Shown here: positions 61,638-64,000 of the stretch, one piece after another
Layout: each line of letters begins with the position of its first letter
Position numbering within the stretch: position 1 is the first letter of the stretch
The notes under the pieces: model-generated
The model's database searches: none
Seen by the model: only the letters and a program-made list of their open reading frames with translations
What the model was told of the DNA's origin: nothing
Position numbers and translations under genes: made by a program
DNA from: Phoronis australis
Taxonomy: Eukaryota > Animalia > Phoronida
Assembly: GCA_002633005.1 (NCBI GenBank)
Contig: NMRA01000310.1
Span: 252,624-316,623 of the forward strand
DNA: 64,000 nucleotides
Direction: 5' to 3'

Positions 61638-62020
61638 GTTGCTGCTTGGCAAGCGATGTAGAGAGGCTTATACAACTCTATGGCACACCCAAAAGTCACG
61701 TGTCACAACATTCCTCCCCCTTCTACGGATATGTGTCGCATGCCCCTCTCATTGGCCACATCTGATCAGGGTTTACATGGGAGTTGTTGGAGTCTGGCTC
61801 CGTATTGCCCCAAGAGGTGGCGCTTATATCCCATCTGGTTATGGATTCTGGCGTTGTTGGTCGTCAATGTAGAAAAATCGCTAAAATTTGAGTGGATGGG
61901 TCCTTACTGAAAATGGCTGCCGGGAACCAGTTTTCACTGAGTAACGAAAATATCCGTTCACCCGTGAAAACTGGTCCGGTAGCCATTTTGAAGATGAATC
62001 GTATGTTCGATTTTCTCTAG

Positions 62021-62096
62021 TGCTCACTGAAAGACTTGAACCAGGGTGCCCTACGTGAGAGCAGTGAAAGCGTCCAAACTGTTTGACCAAGAGGCA
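62021..62096 (-). pseudogene. Second decayed tRNA-Glu-like sequence
   Basis: TGCCTCTTGGTCAAACAGTTTGGA...CTCTCA...ACCCTGGTTCAAGTCTT, similar to 61565-61637. Confidence 0.4.
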
Positions 62097-62170
62097 TGCA
62101 ATTGTCTCTTGAAAAGTGATTTTGGGAGCGTGTAATTAAATACGAATCTACATTATGTGTCACTGCTGTA

Positions 62171-62587
62171 TGTGAACTTGGAATCCTGCTTAATCTCAAG
62201 ATTAAGCGGAAGTGAGTGTTACGTGAACTTGGAATACGCGAGGCAACGTGACAAGTTTACTCAAATAATCACGTTCATGTTCATAAAAATTTGTCCTGCA
62301 CTAAATCAAGTCACGTTTGAATAAAATAATGTTAATTTTAACCAACCTTTTCAACTACGGGCGATCAGTTTCACCAAACAATCAATTTAGCCATTCACAT
62401 ATTCCTCCAGTTCAGCGGCACAAGTTATGGTAAAGGAGAAAATGGTTAATCGTGAGGTCAATAATTACAAAAATTCTTTTCACCGAACAAAAATTTCACA
62501 TTTTTGCCTAAAAGAATATTCAATTCCAAGTTCCTGCAACACTCACTTCCGCTTAATCTTGAGATTAAGCAGGATTCCAAGTTCACA
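62171..62587. mobile_element. Inverted-repeat element with ~65-bp near-perfect TIRs
   Basis: TGTGAACTTGGAATCCTGCTTAATCTCAAGATTAAGCGGAAGTGAGTGTT... mirrored at ~62523-62587. Confidence 0.75.
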
Positions 62588-62617
62588 CCATCACAAGGCT
62601 GAAGTGTCCACTCTACT

Positions 62618-62909
62618 CAGTGGCGGATTTAGAGGGACGCCAAGGGGGCCATGGCCTCCTCTAAAACTCTCCCAGATTCCATTTGGCAGTTGGGAGGTGC
62701 AGATGTCTGACAGGCAAAATCCTGGCTAATACTCTGCCCTGCCCCCCCCCCNNNNNNNNNNNNNNNNNNNNNNNNNNNNNNNNNNNNNNNNNNNNNNNNN
62801 NNNNNNNNNNNNNNNNNNNNNNNNNNNNNNNNNNNNNNNNNNNNNNNNNNNNNNNNNNNNNNNNNNNNNNNNNNNNCCCCCCTAACTAAAAATCCTGGAT
62901 CCGCCCATG
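62618..62909 (+). mobile_element. MITE family B copy spanning an N gap
   Basis: Same TIRs and core; near TSD ctact/ttact. Confidence 0.78.
62752..62876. other. Assembly gap (N run) within a poly-C tract
   Basis: 125 N. Confidence 1.
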
Positions 62910-64000
62910 TTACTGTACACCTTACGACTGATATGGCTTAGAAAGGATCAGACAAGCAAATGTAACCTCATACTCGTCCAAGATGTAACTGGCCTACAGC
63001 TGATAACGACTCCCGCATTTTCTGTAAGTTTGAACCTACTGACTATAACTTGCTCTGGGGCAAGCTGTCCTAGAACAAGTTTCCCTACCTGGATAAGGTG
63101 GCGTAAGTTGTCACAGGTGTGTCAAATTGTCCGAGCTCAAGTGGTGTCCATGCAACTACTGGACCTACTGACCACTCATTCCAATTGTACAGCAAAAATT
63201 CTCCTGTTTGGTACAGTGAAAAAGTTATTATTTTGCTCAAGGTCAGAGCGTGTGCCAACGTTTAGAAATTTAGGCAATATTGGCCATCCCACATTCAGGA
63301 ATTACGATCAATGACACACAATCATTTAGCTCGATGTCGTGACAACGTTGCGTCAGTGGTCATTTTCAACGATTTTATCATCTTCCTGGCATATTTTCAG
63401 TCTGTTATACAAAGTTCAGTGTCCGATATTTCTGTTAAAAAAAATACATGAATGCCAAATTCACCTATGTCCAAATCTTTAGAATCAAGAAAATTAAATT
63501 TTAGAGACTGTTCCAAACTGGAGAATTTTTACCTGCATTGTGTTCTATTCAGTATATTGTTCGAGTTGAAAGGATCGAATTTAACGATGACCTTCAAAGG
63601 TATAATTTGCTAAATATCAGTCTCAACAAATACCTTGTTCTTGTGAGCACACTTCTCATACACAGATGTAATTACCAGCTAATTAACAGAATGGTAATTA
63701 CTGAGTCTGTAGCCCACGTAAAAGTAATTCCTTCGGTATTGAACTGATTTGGTCATTCAGGTTATTATCCACCTGGAACTATAAACTTGTAATTGTTTTC
63801 AAACCCTTAGCCTGACTTGACATCATTTCACTGACTTGTGACTTTCAATTTCGACTTCCCTGGATGTTGAGTTGGATGTAGTGAAGTCTCTTTTTCTTTT
63901 ATTTTTCTTATATTAAGTAACAGTAGCCTCTTGATAACAAATGAATGAGCTTAAGTGTGATAATCCATATCTAACGGTCGTTGGCGGTGCTGCAATAGGT

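Noticed and set aside
60513-63314. ORFs 60513..60959, 60868..61125 and 62907..63314, and a weak RCGQxEGH knuckle-like string near 61750 (-), as retroelement or gene remnants
   Set aside because: No recognisable domain, frequent stops and an incomplete CCHC pattern; a translated search would be needed.

Overview
Eukaryotic (metazoan) genomic DNA: AT-rich, intron-rich, with two N gaps. Gene content suggests a marine invertebrate, possibly a deuterostome, but the organism cannot be fixed from sequence alone. I reconstructed four spliced genes by hand, with GT-AG junctions and consistent phases: ODAD3/CCDC151 (+, 10 exons, 542 aa), PIGC (-, 6 visible coding exons, first coding exon not visible and probably in the N gap), CFAP157 (+, 10 coding exons, 560 aa) and an NRF-6/OACYL-like O-acyltransferase (-, 15 exons, 741 aa). 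Introns and flanks hold several MITE families (5-bp, 6-bp and TA target-site duplications), foldback hairpins, minisatellites and two decayed tRNA-Glu-like sequences. Main observations: (1) three independent tandem duplications of a 3' splice site plus exon start, one a 5-copy array of AG|GT-type sites; (2) the human orthologs of ODAD3, PIGC and CFAP157 lie on three arms of the MHC paralogon (19p13, 1q24, 9q34); (3) PIGC is intron-rich, unlike the human gene. Most ORF-track entries are spurious. No prokaryote-type system or CRISPR array is present.
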